A DNA stretch of 64,000 bases from Caldisericota bacterium (GTDB lineage Bacteria; Caldisericota; Caldisericia; JAAYUI01). The notes below the pieces were generated by a model that did no database searches, had not been told where the DNA came from, and worked only from the letters and a program-made list of their open reading frames with translations. Location: contig JAKPMO010000024.1 of the NCBI GenBank assembly GCA_029548865.1, positions 99,256 through 163,255 of the forward strand, in the 5' to 3' direction. The position numbers were made by a program, and so were the translations under genes. Below are positions 28,492 through 38,295 of the stretch, in pieces (positions within the stretch are counted from its first letter, which is position 1; every line of letters starts with the position of its first letter).

Positions 28492-29227
28492 GACAAGACA
28501 ATCTTAGGACTTCCGAGATGATCTCCATTCTCGCGTTAAAGATGTCAAGCACTTCTTGGTGTGAAATTAGGGCAGTGCTGACTCCGGCAGCCAGGTTTGT
28601 TATCACTGCCAGCGAAGCAAAATTTATCCCAAATTCTCTGGCCAAGGCAATTTCTGGACAACCTGTCATTCCTACAATATCTGCCCCAATAATTGAATAT
28701 GCTTTTATTTCAGCGGGCGTTTCAAACCTTGGCCCCTGAGTACAAATATAAACCTGGTTTTCATAAAAACGCTGGCCAAGTTTCTGAAGCGAGTTCTTCA
28801 GTACCTCTGACAATTTTTTAGAGTAAGGCTCTGACATATCGGTGTGGACAACGGAGCCAGGCTTGTCATGAAAGGTGCCATTACGCCCCCATGTAAAATC
28901 AATAAACTGTCCAATTATGGCAAAATCACCTGGTTTAAACTTTGGATTTATTCCCCCTACTGCATAAGTTGAGAAAATATTTCTCACACCAGAATCGTAT
29001 AGGGCCTTGATGTTTGCTCTGTAATTTATTGCCGCAGGCTGTATTGAATGTGTCCTGCCGTGTCTTGCAAGAAAAACAATTTCGAGAGAGCCAACATGAC
29101 CTTTTTTCAGCTTTGCTTCACCATATTCATTCTCTGCAATCAGCTCAACTGCATTCTCAATCCATGGGATGTCATAGATACCAGAGCCACCTATGATGCC
29201 AATCATATCAGGCAAAACCCTTTGCAA
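28472..29227 (-). CDS. mtnP: 5'-methylthioadenosine/methylthioinosine phosphorylase (PNP/MTAP family)
   Basis: MIGIIGGSGIYD N-terminus and the PNP-family phosphate/ribose-binding region. 251 aa. Confidence 0.85.
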   Translation of the reverse strand: MQRVLPDMIGIIGGSGIYDIPWIENAVELIAENEYGEAKLKKGHVGSLEIVFLARHGRTHSIQPAAINYRANIKALYDSGVRNIFSTYAVGGINPKFKPGDFAIIGQFIDFTWGRNGTFHDKPGSVVHTDMSEPYSKKLSEVLKNSLQKLGQRFYENQVYICTQGPRFETPAEIKAYSIIGADIVGMTGCPEIALAREFGINFASLAVITNLAAGVSTALISHQEVLDIFNARMEIISEVLRLSCLGVSTI

Positions 29228-30476
29228 ATTCGTTGACTTTTTCTATTGTTTCCTGGACATCAAAGGTTGTTATTTTTCTGTTCCAAACTACAAATTCACC
29301 ATCAACCATTACATGCATGACATCACTTGGGTCTCCAGCGTAAACAACGTGTGAAAGACAGGAATATACAGGATTCAGTCTTGGTGATGAATAATCGAGT
29401 ATCACAATATCAGCGATCTGTCCTGGTGCAATTATCCCAAGGTTTTTCCAGCCCATCGCATGCGCACCATTTTTGGTTGCCATTTCAAGGGCCCTGTAAG
29501 CAGGAACAGATTGTGGATTACCAGTGACCTTCGCACAGAAACTTGTCCATCTCATTTCTTCAAACATGTTAAGGTCATTATTGCTGGCAGGGCCATCAGT
29601 CCCAATTGTCATCCTTAAACCAGCTTTTTCCATGGCTTCAACCCTTGGCATACCAGAGGCAAGCTTGAAGTTTGAACTTACGTTTAAGGCAGGAACAACG
29701 CCTTTTTTTGCCATTATCTCCATGTCTTCATCTTCAAGATGAACGCAATGGGCGGCAATGAACGGGACCTCAAACGCTCCAAGTTTGTTTAAAACAGCAA
29801 CTGGTGTTCCACCATTTTTGGAAATGCAGTCCGAAACCTCTTTTTTCGTTTCAGAAACATGCATGTGGATTGGGATATGCCTGTCAGAAGCAACCCTAAC
29901 AACTTTTTCCATGTATGCAGGAGGGCAGGTGTAGATTGCGTGGGGGCCAAGCATCGTATGTATCCTGCCTTTCCCCTGGCCTTGCCATCTTTGACAAAAT
30001 GCCCTGCCTACTTCTATTTCTTTTTCTCCGGAGGAGCTGACCAGTCCCTTTGAAAGACAAGCCCTTATTCCAGTCTCCGAGACGGCTTTGGCCACTTCAT
30101 CCATAAAGAAGTACATATCGGCAAAACAGGTTACGCCACCCAAAAGAAGCTCTGCTATGGCAAGTTTTGTTGCCCAATAAACGATCTCATCGGTCAGCTT
30201 GTCTTCTCTGGGAAATATTTCTTTTTCAAGCCAGGTCTGGAGCTGGAGATCGTCTGCCACTCCCCTAAACATTGACATGGCCGCATGGGTATGAGTGTTT
30301 GTAAGCCCAGGAATAACCACCTGTTTTGGTCCATCTACAACTTTGTCAAAATAGCCATCCGGCTGTCCTATGCCGACATCTATTATCTGGTTTTCCTCTA
30401 CGATCACATATCCATCAAACTCTTCAGGCATTGTTGGGACGAGCGGTATGATTTTCCCCACTATGGCGGTTTTCAT
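29208..30476 (-). CDS. mtaD: 5-methylthioadenosine/S-adenosylhomocysteine deaminase (amidohydrolase)
   Basis: HTHAAMSMFRGVADDLQLQTWL, HVSE and the DG/HCVH amidohydrolase metal ligands. 422 aa. Confidence 0.85.
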   Translation of the reverse strand: MKTAIVGKIIPLVPTMPEEFDGYVIVEENQIIDVGIGQPDGYFDKVVDGPKQVVIPGLTNTHTHAAMSMFRGVADDLQLQTWLEKEIFPREDKLTDEIVYWATKLAIAELLLGGVTCFADMYFFMDEVAKAVSETGIRACLSKGLVSSSGEKEIEVGRAFCQRWQGQGKGRIHTMLGPHAIYTCPPAYMEKVVRVASDRHIPIHMHVSETKKEVSDCISKNGGTPVAVLNKLGAFEVPFIAAHCVHLEDEDMEIMAKKGVVPALNVSSNFKLASGMPRVEAMEKAGLRMTIGTDGPASNNDLNMFEEMRWTSFCAKVTGNPQSVPAYRALEMATKNGAHAMGWKNLGIIAPGQIADIVILDYSSPRLNPVYSCLSHVVYAGDPSDVMHVMVDGEFVVWNRKITTFDVQETIEKVNEFAKGFA

Positions 30477-32050
30477 TGGCTAAGTACCTCCTGGATCGCT
30501 TTCGGGATCGAATTGGCAACATCCGTTGACATGGTTCCATACTCGGTGTGCTCTTTTGAGGTCATCTCACCAGCAAACCCAAAAAGATGGCAACCCAAAA
30601 CACTGGCATCGAAAGGAGAAAGACCCTGCGAAACAAGGGAAGCTATAAAACCTGAAAGAACATCGCCAGAGCCACCCTTTGACAAGGCCGAGTTGCCAGT
30701 TGTATTTATGTAATACTGGCCAGATGGGGACGCAATTATTGTCCTGGCAGATTTGAGCACTGTAATAGAACCATATCTATTTGAAAATCTTCTGGCAGTA
30801 GCAATCGGGTCAGTTGTAACATCACTTGCAGCAGTGCCAAATCTTCCGGCCTCGCCCCAATGTGGCGTCAAGATTGTTGGCCAGCCATGCTCCGCCCTTA
30901 AAAGAAGTGATCCTGGAGATTTTGACAGCACATTCAATGCATCCGCATCAACTATTACAGGGATTTCTATCTTCCCAAGCACTTCCCCAATGAAATGGGA
31001 AAGGCCTGGGGCCCTTGAAAGGCCTGGACCAATAACTATGCAACTCGCATCGAAAGCTGCTTTTAGGACATGCTCTGCGGCATGTTCGGAAAATGCGCCA
31101 TACTCATCGGAAGGCGCCCCTTTTACGATCATTTCCGGATATCTTCCAGCAACGCTTTGGTATATAGATTCAGGCACAATAACAGTTGTCAGGCCAGAGC
31201 CACCACGTAATGAGCCAAGCCCTGAAAGAATCGGTGCCCCTGGGAATTCTGCAGACCCCCCAACAATCAGGATTTTGCCAAAAGACCCCTTATGGCCTGA
31301 CTGTGTTCTTTCAGGCAAGAGCCACGATGCCTCTTGCGCTGTCAAAACATTGGCCTCTATGTACGGATCATCGAGTAGAACTTTTGGAAATCCAACATTT
31401 GTAAGCAAAAGCTTTCCCACCATTGAAGCACCCGGATAAAGCAGGTGGCCAATCTTTGGCAAGCCAAAAGTGCATGTAACATCGGCCTGTACAGCAAGAC
31501 CCGGTACTTTACCGGTTGAACCATCGACACCGCTTGGTATATCGCAGGAGAGGACTGGAAGATTGACAGAATTTACAAGTTCGATTGCCTGGGCAATCGC
31601 TCCTTTTGGAGCTTCCAAAAGCCCGGTTCCCAACAGGCAATCTATTATTAAATCAGCTTTTTTAACAGCTTGTGACAATTTTCCAAGGTTTTGATCAGTT
31701 TCGCCAACATGGAGTTCTATAAAACCAGAAAATCCCTTCGCCAGAATCCCGAAATTGATTGCCTGGTCACCTGTCAATTCTTCGGATTTGCAGAGTAGAA
31801 AAACCTTTGTTTGGATACCCTCCATGGCCAGGTGTCTTGCGCAAACAAAACCATCACCACCATTGCCACCTTTTCCGCAAACAATCACAGGACTTTTTGT
31901 TGAAAATTCGCTCATGGCAATATCGCAAAGAGAAGCCCCGGCATTTTCCATAAGAAGCATGGATGGAACGCCAAACCTTGCGGATGTTTGTTCGTCAATC
32001 TCTCTCATCTGGGCTGAAGTTACGGTTTTCATTGATTCCTCCAAGTCCAT
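30473..32050 (-). CDS. nnr: Bifunctional NAD(P)H-hydrate repair enzyme (YjeF-N epimerase + YjeF-C dehydratase)
   Basis: N-domain GKGGNGGDGFVCARHL. C-domain GPGL...GSGDVLSGFIASL. 525 aa. Confidence 0.9.
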   Translation of the reverse strand: MDLEESMKTVTSAQMREIDEQTSARFGVPSMLLMENAGASLCDIAMSEFSTKSPVIVCGKGGNGGDGFVCARHLAMEGIQTKVFLLCKSEELTGDQAINFGILAKGFSGFIELHVGETDQNLGKLSQAVKKADLIIDCLLGTGLLEAPKGAIAQAIELVNSVNLPVLSCDIPSGVDGSTGKVPGLAVQADVTCTFGLPKIGHLLYPGASMVGKLLLTNVGFPKVLLDDPYIEANVLTAQEASWLLPERTQSGHKGSFGKILIVGGSAEFPGAPILSGLGSLRGGSGLTTVIVPESIYQSVAGRYPEMIVKGAPSDEYGAFSEHAAEHVLKAAFDASCIVIGPGLSRAPGLSHFIGEVLGKIEIPVIVDADALNVLSKSPGSLLLRAEHGWPTILTPHWGEAGRFGTAASDVTTDPIATARRFSNRYGSITVLKSARTIIASPSGQYYINTTGNSALSKGGSGDVLSGFIASLVSQGLSPFDASVLGCHLFGFAGEMTSKEHTEYGTMSTDVANSIPKAIQEVLSQ

Positions 32051-32168
32051 TCTATGTAAATGGAGTCTAAAGGCAACCTTGAAAAGAGAGATTTGGAACC
32101 TAGAATCTAGGAAAAGATTTGTAAAAACGAATTTATCATGTTGGTGTCAAAGGGCTTAAGGAGGTTTA

Positions 32169-32618
32169 ATGATCTGGTTTACATGGCAGATGTGGTTGAT
32201 TGTGGCGCTTATTTTTGGAATCATCGAGATAGCAACGGTGAATTTTTATACGATATGGCTGGCTATCGCTGCTGTAATAACTGCAATTCTGTCAGTTTTT
32301 GGTCTTGGCATTCCAGGGCAAATACTCGCATTTTCTTTAATATCACTCCTTTTAGTACTTCTTTCTGAGGCAATAGTAAGGAAGGTCATTTTTGGGGGAC
32401 ACCAGGAGATAAAAACAAATGTCGATGCACTTAAAGGCCAGGAAGGAATAGTAACTTTCAAGATTGACAATCGAAGGGGTGAGGGTATTGTAAAAATAAG
32501 GGGAACGGATTGGTCGGCAAGGTCAGACGATGACGAGTCAATACCTGAAGGAACCATTGTAATAATACAAAGGATTGAGGGTGTAAAAGTCATCGTAAGA
32601 TCAAAGGAAACAAAATGA
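32169..32618 (+). CDS. NfeD-family membrane protein (short form, OB-fold C-domain)
   Basis: Two N-terminal TM helices plus a C-terminal beta-rich domain (GIVKIRGTDWSARSDD...GTIVIIQRIEG). Upstream of an SPFH gene. AAGGAGG RBS. Confidence 0.75.
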   Translation: MIWFTWQMWLIVALIFGIIEIATVNFYTIWLAIAAVITAILSVFGLGIPGQILAFSLISLLLVLLSEAIVRKVIFGGHQEIKTNVDALKGQEGIVTFKIDNRRGEGIVKIRGTDWSARSDDDESIPEGTIVIIQRIEGVKVIVRSKETK

Positions 32619-32746
32619 AAAAATTTTTCTGGATAATCACATTACTTTCGGCAATCTTTCTAGGTTTTTGGTTTGGTTCTAATATGGCCTTCGACAAAGC
32701 CATATATGACGATGAAGATTAGAAAAAATCATTTTTTAAATATAAA

Positions 32747-33688
32747 TTGGAGGGAATTGTACAAATGACCACAGAGAGCGTAATTGGTTACATTATTTTA
32801 GCCTTCGTAATTATTTTTGTACTGTCAACAATCATCAGATCGGTAAGAATGGTCCACCAATCAAAAGTGATGATAGTTGAAAGACTCGGGCGTTATTCAA
32901 GGACCCTCAGGCCTGGGCTCCACGTTCTTATCCCATTCATTGACTCGGTAAGAGCAGAGGTTGACCTCAGGGAACAGGTGCTGGATTACCCACCGCAATC
33001 AGTCATCACAAAAGACAACGTCTCAGCAGAGATCGATACTGTAATTTACTACTACATTACAGACCCGGTAAAGGCCATATATGAAATAATCGACCTCAAC
33101 CAGGCCATACTGAAACTCTCAATGACAACGATAAGAAACATCATCGGTGACCTTGACCTCGACAGGTTGCTTACCTCTAGAACTCAGGTTAATACAGAAC
33201 TTAGGGCAATCATCGATGAAGCAACCGATCCATGGGGTGTAAAGGTCAACAGGATAGAGCTGAAATCCATTGAGCCACCATCGGAAATCGTTGACGCCAT
33301 GACCAAACAGATGAAGGCCGAGAGGGATAAAAGGGCTGTAATCCTAGAATCTGAAGGCATCAAGCAATCCAGGATACTTGAAGCAGAGGGCCTCAAGCAG
33401 TCCAAAATACTCGAAGCAGAAGGGCAGAAGCAGGCAGACATCCTCAAGGCAGAGGGTGAGGCAAAAGCTTGGGAAACCCTGTGGACAGCAAAATCGGGCT
33501 CGATAAAGATGTATCTTGACGCAATCAAGCAATCGGGTATTGATGAAAAAGTCCTCGCGGTAAAATACCTCGAATCACTTGGCGAAATAGCCAATGGACA
33601 AGCAAACAAGGTCTTCATTCCCTATGAGGCCACTGGAATGCTCTCTTCGCTGGGCGCAATAAAAGAACTGTTCACTAAAGAAAAATAA
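32747..33688 (+). CDS. SPFH/band-7 (stomatin-like) protein
   Basis: N-terminal TM, SPFH core (DLREQVLDYPPQSVITKDNV..), and coiled-coil repeat ILEAEGLKQSKILEAEGQKQADILKAEGEAKA. Confidence 0.85.
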   Translation: MEGIVQMTTESVIGYIILAFVIIFVLSTIIRSVRMVHQSKVMIVERLGRYSRTLRPGLHVLIPFIDSVRAEVDLREQVLDYPPQSVITKDNVSAEIDTVIYYYITDPVKAIYEIIDLNQAILKLSMTTIRNIIGDLDLDRLLTSRTQVNTELRAIIDEATDPWGVKVNRIELKSIEPPSEIVDAMTKQMKAERDKRAVILESEGIKQSRILEAEGLKQSKILEAEGQKQADILKAEGEAKAWETLWTAKSGSIKMYLDAIKQSGIDEKVLAVKYLESLGEIANGQANKVFIPYEATGMLSSLGAIKELFTKEK

Positions 33689-33753
33689 CCATCTTTTTGT
33701 GGCATAAGACTTGCAGGACGGGGGCCACCATGTTAACATAAGCCCCTGTCCTG

Positions 33754-34632
33754 ATGAATAGAACTTTGATAATAGTCTGTGGCTTATCAGGCGCAGGCAA
33801 ATCACGCTCTTTAGCAGCCTTTGAGGATATTGGTTATTTCACTGTCGAGAACCTTCCACTCGAGCTTCTTTCAAAATTTGTCAGCCTTGGCATTGATGCC
33901 AAGGACAATATGGAACACATGGCAGTAACGCTCCGGCTCCCGGAAGAAGAAAACTACATCGATACACTCAAAGAGCAAATAGACACCATTTCTGCAAGTG
34001 GCGTAGATGTTGGTGTGCTCTATCTTGAAGCAAATACTGACACACTCATCCGCAGATATCAGGAAACCAGGCGCAAGCATCCACTCTTAAACTCGGACAC
34101 CAATGGAAGCATTTTTGATGCGATTCAAAGGGAAAGACTCTTGCTTAGATCGCTCAAAAAGATCGCTACACAAATAATTGACACCTCAGCACTCACCCCA
34201 CAGGACTTGAAGGTCAGAATATCAAAGATATACACAATAAAAAGTGGCAAAGCCAATCTCACGATAACTTTTCTGTCCTTTGGATTCAGGTATGGTGTGC
34301 CATCTGAGGCTGATCTTGTCATGGATGTCCGTTTTATCAACAATCCCTATTACGATGAATCTTTAAGGGAACTCGATGGAACAAATGTGAAAATAGCAAA
34401 CTTTGTTCTCTCGGACGAATCGGCACAAAATTTTCTTTTGGAATTTACAAACCTTCTCAAATTCCTCCTCCCGCAATATCTTGCAAAAGAGGGCAAAAGC
34501 CATCTCACCGTTGCATTCGGCTGCACAGGCGGAAAGCATCGCTCTGTGGTAATAGCCTCTGAAATGGCCAACAGGTTAAAGCAGGAAGGCTATGATGTAA
34601 CCGTGGTTCATAGGGACAAAGACAAGCAATGA
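33754..34632 (+). CDS. rapZ: RNase adapter protein RapZ (YvcJ/YhbJ)
   Basis: P-loop IIVCGLSGAGKS near N-terminus and C-terminal GCTGGKHRSV. 292 aa. Confidence 0.9.
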   Translation: MNRTLIIVCGLSGAGKSRSLAAFEDIGYFTVENLPLELLSKFVSLGIDAKDNMEHMAVTLRLPEEENYIDTLKEQIDTISASGVDVGVLYLEANTDTLIRRYQETRRKHPLLNSDTNGSIFDAIQRERLLLRSLKKIATQIIDTSALTPQDLKVRISKIYTIKSGKANLTITFLSFGFRYGVPSEADLVMDVRFINNPYYDESLRELDGTNVKIANFVLSDESAQNFLLEFTNLLKFLLPQYLAKEGKSHLTVAFGCTGGKHRSVVIASEMANRLKQEGYDVTVVHRDKDKQ

Positions 34633-35912
34633 CAACCAAAGAGCTCGTTAGGATTGTCTATCGCCCTGGTGCAGGCGTGAAGAGGTGGTTCCTCCTGACA
34701 CTTCTTGCTGGAATGATCATTTCCTTTGGGATACTGACTCTCGATTGGGCCTCGGGTTCCCAAAGGATAATGGGCTGGATCGGCGAGCTGTTTGCCAGAA
34801 TTACCGATAATACCAATCTCCCATCCTGGTTCCTGCCTGTTATTGGGTGGTTGATGATAGGTGTCGGCACTGCTATTGCCGTATCTTCCCTGATCCAGTC
34901 GATAATCTCGATGCTCAGGATAGTTGGCCAGCCTTCCACAAAAATTACCAAAAGCAGTGGCCCCAAGGTCGTTGTTCTCGGTGGTGGCACAGGCATCCAT
35001 CCAGTTCTTCTGGCACTCAAATCAATCGGCACCTCGGTCACAGCCGTTGTCACAGTCGCCGATTCTGGTGGTTCAACCGGAAAATTGAGGCAGGAATTTT
35101 CAATGCTAGCGCCCGGAGATATAAGGCAGTGTCTCCTTGCATTGTCCGATCAGCCATTGTTCGACAAAATCATAAGATACAGATTTACAGGACAGGACTC
35201 TTCCCTCGCCGGACATTCAATGGGCAACCTTGTCATTGCAGCACTCACTGACACCGAAGGCGATTTTACAGAAGCAGTGTTCAGGCTCTCGAAACTCATG
35301 GCAACAAAAGGCACGGTCATTCCTTTCACGATTGATGACGTTTCACTTTGCGCAAAGTATGAAGATGGCACTGTTGTTTCCGGTGAAGCCAACATTCCAA
35401 AAATCAACAAACCAATAAAAAATGTCTTCTTTAACCCACCCTATGCCAAGCCATACGTCAGGGTCATAGAGGCCATCGCTGAAGCAGATTTTGTTATTGT
35501 TGGCCCAGGAAGTCTCTATACATCAATAATGCCAACACTCCTTCTTGCACCAATTGTTGACACAATGATAAACTCAAAAGCAAAGAAGATTTTTATGGCA
35601 AATGTGATGACTGAATCAGGCGAAACAAATGATTACACAATTCTTGATCATCTTGAAGCCATCAAAAAACATACAAATGCCGACATTTTTGATATGGTAA
35701 TTTCCAGCAACACTCCACTCCCAGAAGAAGTATTGGAAAAATATAGCCAATCAAACGCATCTCCCTTATATGCAAGCCCAGAAGACATGGCCCTGATAGA
35801 GAACCTTCTGACCGAAGATCTTGCAACCATCGATGATGGCCTTGCAAGACATTCAGTGCAGAAACTTTCAAGGGTTTTGTCAAAAATCATCTTTAAAGGA
35901 AGAAAGAAGTAG
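34629..35912 (+). CDS. yvcK: YvcK/CofD-family gluconeogenesis/morphology factor with ~95-aa N-terminal membrane extension
   Basis: VVVLGGGTGIHPVLLALK...VVTVADSGGSTGKLR are UPF0052 signatures. Two predicted TM helices precede the domain. 4-nt overlap with rapZ. Confidence 0.85.
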   Translation: MTTKELVRIVYRPGAGVKRWFLLTLLAGMIISFGILTLDWASGSQRIMGWIGELFARITDNTNLPSWFLPVIGWLMIGVGTAIAVSSLIQSIISMLRIVGQPSTKITKSSGPKVVVLGGGTGIHPVLLALKSIGTSVTAVVTVADSGGSTGKLRQEFSMLAPGDIRQCLLALSDQPLFDKIIRYRFTGQDSSLAGHSMGNLVIAALTDTEGDFTEAVFRLSKLMATKGTVIPFTIDDVSLCAKYEDGTVVSGEANIPKINKPIKNVFFNPPYAKPYVRVIEAIAEADFVIVGPGSLYTSIMPTLLLAPIVDTMINSKAKKIFMANVMTESGETNDYTILDHLEAIKKHTNADIFDMVISSNTPLPEEVLEKYSQSNASPLYASPEDMALIENLLTEDLATIDDGLARHSVQKLSRVLSKIIFKGRKK

Positions 35913-35914
35913 CA

Positions 35915-37258
35915 ATGCCCAGTCAATCAGTTCGTGTATCAGGCACTATCAAACTCAAGACAAACCTCAGGGGAGTCCTCAAACTCCATGAAGCATTAAA
36001 AATTCTTTCGATGCCAGCCGCCGACCTCAGGGAAACAATCCAGGGTTATCTGGCATCAAACCCTATTTTGGAAGAAGAACCATACAAGCCAGATCCGGAG
36101 GCAGAAATCCGCGATCGCATCGAGTACAAGACCAGGGCAACAGATGCCGAAGGACTTTTTTCAGAAGAACAGATAAAATCTCATGAAAAAACCCTGTATG
36201 ACATTTTAATGGAAGAACCCCAACTGTCATTTGATGATGAGGAAAAAGCAACCATAAAAGAATTCCTCATTGGAAACATTGACGATGACGGATACCTGCT
36301 CTGCTCGATAGAAGAAGTTGCAGACCAGCTTGAAGTTCCGGAAGGGACTGTAGAGGAAGTTCTAAATTGCATTCAGGAAGCTGCTCCGCCTGGTGTCGGT
36401 GCCAGAAACCCCCAAGAAGCATTGGTGTTGCAAATTAAGCATGATTTGGATGATGAAGAAGACAGAAAAATTGCAATATCCCTGGTCATGGAACACTACC
36501 AAAACCTCAAGAGGAGAAAAATAGGCGAGGTAGCCCAGAACCTCAACGTATCTACTGAAAAAATTGGCGAATTGTGGGACAGGATTGCGAAATACTCCCT
36601 GTCACCAGGAGCCAATTACGCCCCAAAGGCAGACTACATAACACCTGAAATACAAGTCAGGGCACTCGGCGACCAACTCCAGGTGCTTCCACTAAGGGAC
36701 GGTATTCCAAACATAGTAATAAACCAGGAATACGCCCAAATACTGAAAGATAATCATGAAGATGATGAAACCTCAAACTATCTTAAAGACAAAATGCAAG
36801 AGGCCAAATGGCTTATAAGAGCCATTGACCAGCGCAAAAAAAACATGATGAGAATAGTGACCGAGGTATCCAAGGTCCAGGGGGAATTTTTCAAGGGCCC
36901 GACAACCGAAATCAGGCCGCTCACACTAAAAGATATCGCTGACAAGCTAAAACTTTCCCCATCAACAATATCAAGGGCTATCAATTCAAAGTATGTATTA
37001 ACAGCAAAGGGCACCTACCCGTTAAAGCATTTTTTCACAGGTGGCTTCAGCAATGGCAAGACCATGGTTTCAAATCTGACAGTGAGGGAAATGGTAAAAG
37101 AGATTTGCGCAAAGGGGTGCCTTACTGACAAGGAAATCGCAGATGAAATCGGCAAACAGCTCTCAATCAAGCTCTCAAGAAGGGCCGTCGCACAATACAG
37201 GAGCGATATGGGAATTCCGTCCTCACTCGAGAGAAAGAAGCGGCTTCCTAAAGAATAA
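35915..37258 (+). CDS. rpoN: RNA polymerase sigma-54 factor
   Basis: Region I (LKLHEALKILSMPAADLRETIQGYLASNPILEEE), C-terminal HTH, and RpoN box SRRAVAQYR. Confidence 0.9.
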   Translation: MPSQSVRVSGTIKLKTNLRGVLKLHEALKILSMPAADLRETIQGYLASNPILEEEPYKPDPEAEIRDRIEYKTRATDAEGLFSEEQIKSHEKTLYDILMEEPQLSFDDEEKATIKEFLIGNIDDDGYLLCSIEEVADQLEVPEGTVEEVLNCIQEAAPPGVGARNPQEALVLQIKHDLDDEEDRKIAISLVMEHYQNLKRRKIGEVAQNLNVSTEKIGELWDRIAKYSLSPGANYAPKADYITPEIQVRALGDQLQVLPLRDGIPNIVINQEYAQILKDNHEDDETSNYLKDKMQEAKWLIRAIDQRKKNMMRIVTEVSKVQGEFFKGPTTEIRPLTLKDIADKLKLSPSTISRAINSKYVLTAKGTYPLKHFFTGGFSNGKTMVSNLTVREMVKEICAKGCLTDKEIADEIGKQLSIKLSRRAVAQYRSDMGIPSSLERKKRLPKE

Positions 37259-38255
37259 GCATCGCATCGCCAAAACTGTAGAATCTGAAACGCTTTTCAA
37301 TGGCGTATTCATAGGCTCCGAATATCTTTTCTCTTGAGGCAAGCGCCGAAACCAGAAGAAGCAGCGTTGACCCCGGGAGATGGAAGTTTGTTATCAGATG
37401 GTCAATAATTTTGAAGTTGTATCCAGGTTTTATAAAAAGGTTCGTTTCTCCTGAACCAGGCACAACAAGACCATCTTTATCAGATGCAGATTCCAGCGTC
37501 CTCACAACAGTCGTTCCACAGGCAAAAATACTGCCCCCTGTTTTTTTGGCTGAATTGATGGTCGAGGCTGCTTCCTCTGAAACACTGTACCATTCAAATT
37601 CCATCTTGTGTTCATCAATATTGTTCGTTTTCACCGGTCTGAATGTACCAATTCCAACATGCAAGGTGACTTTTACAATTGAAACACCCCTAGATGAAAG
37701 CTCCTGCAAAAGTTGTTCTGTAAAATGAAGACCGGCAGTAGGCGCAGCAACAGCCCCCGGGACCTTTGCATACACCGTCTGGTATCTGCCAGGATCAATT
37801 TTTTCATTGTGGACATACGGAGGAAACGGTATTTTCCCAAGTTCCAGGATTTTCTCGTCCTCCATTTCGAACTTCACAATCCTGCCGCCGTCGGATGTTC
37901 TTTCCATAATAATGGCCCTGTGTCCATCAATGATTACCTCGGCCCCCTCTTTAAGCCTCGAGCCAGGCTTTACAAGACATTTCCATGTCGAAGGGGCCTC
38001 CCATTTAAGCAAAAATACTTCCACGTTCCCGCCTGTAGGTTTTTTGCCAAAAATCCTGGCAGGAATGACTTTTGTATCATTCAGAACAAGGACATCCCCT
38101 TTTCCAAAATAAGACAGAACATCCCTGAAAATCCCTTCTTTCAAATTTCCTGTCGACCTGTCAAGGACAAGCAGCCTCGACATATCACGGACATCTGAGG
38201 GTTTTTGGGCAATCAGTTCCTTGGGGAGTTCATAAATAAAATCCTTGAGTTCCAT
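37248..38255 (-). CDS. queA: S-adenosylmethionine:tRNA ribosyltransferase-isomerase
   Basis: MELKDFIYELPKELIAQKPSDVRDMSRLLVLDRSTG is a canonical QueA N-terminus. The ORF-track upstream extension to 38453 is rejected. 11-nt tail overlap with rpoN. Confidence 0.9.
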   Translation of the reverse strand: MELKDFIYELPKELIAQKPSDVRDMSRLLVLDRSTGNLKEGIFRDVLSYFGKGDVLVLNDTKVIPARIFGKKPTGGNVEVFLLKWEAPSTWKCLVKPGSRLKEGAEVIIDGHRAIIMERTSDGGRIVKFEMEDEKILELGKIPFPPYVHNEKIDPGRYQTVYAKVPGAVAAPTAGLHFTEQLLQELSSRGVSIVKVTLHVGIGTFRPVKTNNIDEHKMEFEWYSVSEEAASTINSAKKTGGSIFACGTTVVRTLESASDKDGLVVPGSGETNLFIKPGYNFKIIDHLITNFHLPGSTLLLLVSALASREKIFGAYEYAIEKRFRFYSFGDAMLIL

Positions 38256-38295
38256 TATCGAGAAGAGCATAGCAAAAATTGCAACATGTTCTAGA

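Noticed and set aside
32088-32106. Sigma-54-like motif TGGAACctagaATCTAGG upstream of nfeD
   Set aside because: It deviates from TGGCAC-N5-TTGCW at key positions (-24 GC and -12 GC), and no enhancer-binding protein is nearby. Probably fortuitous.
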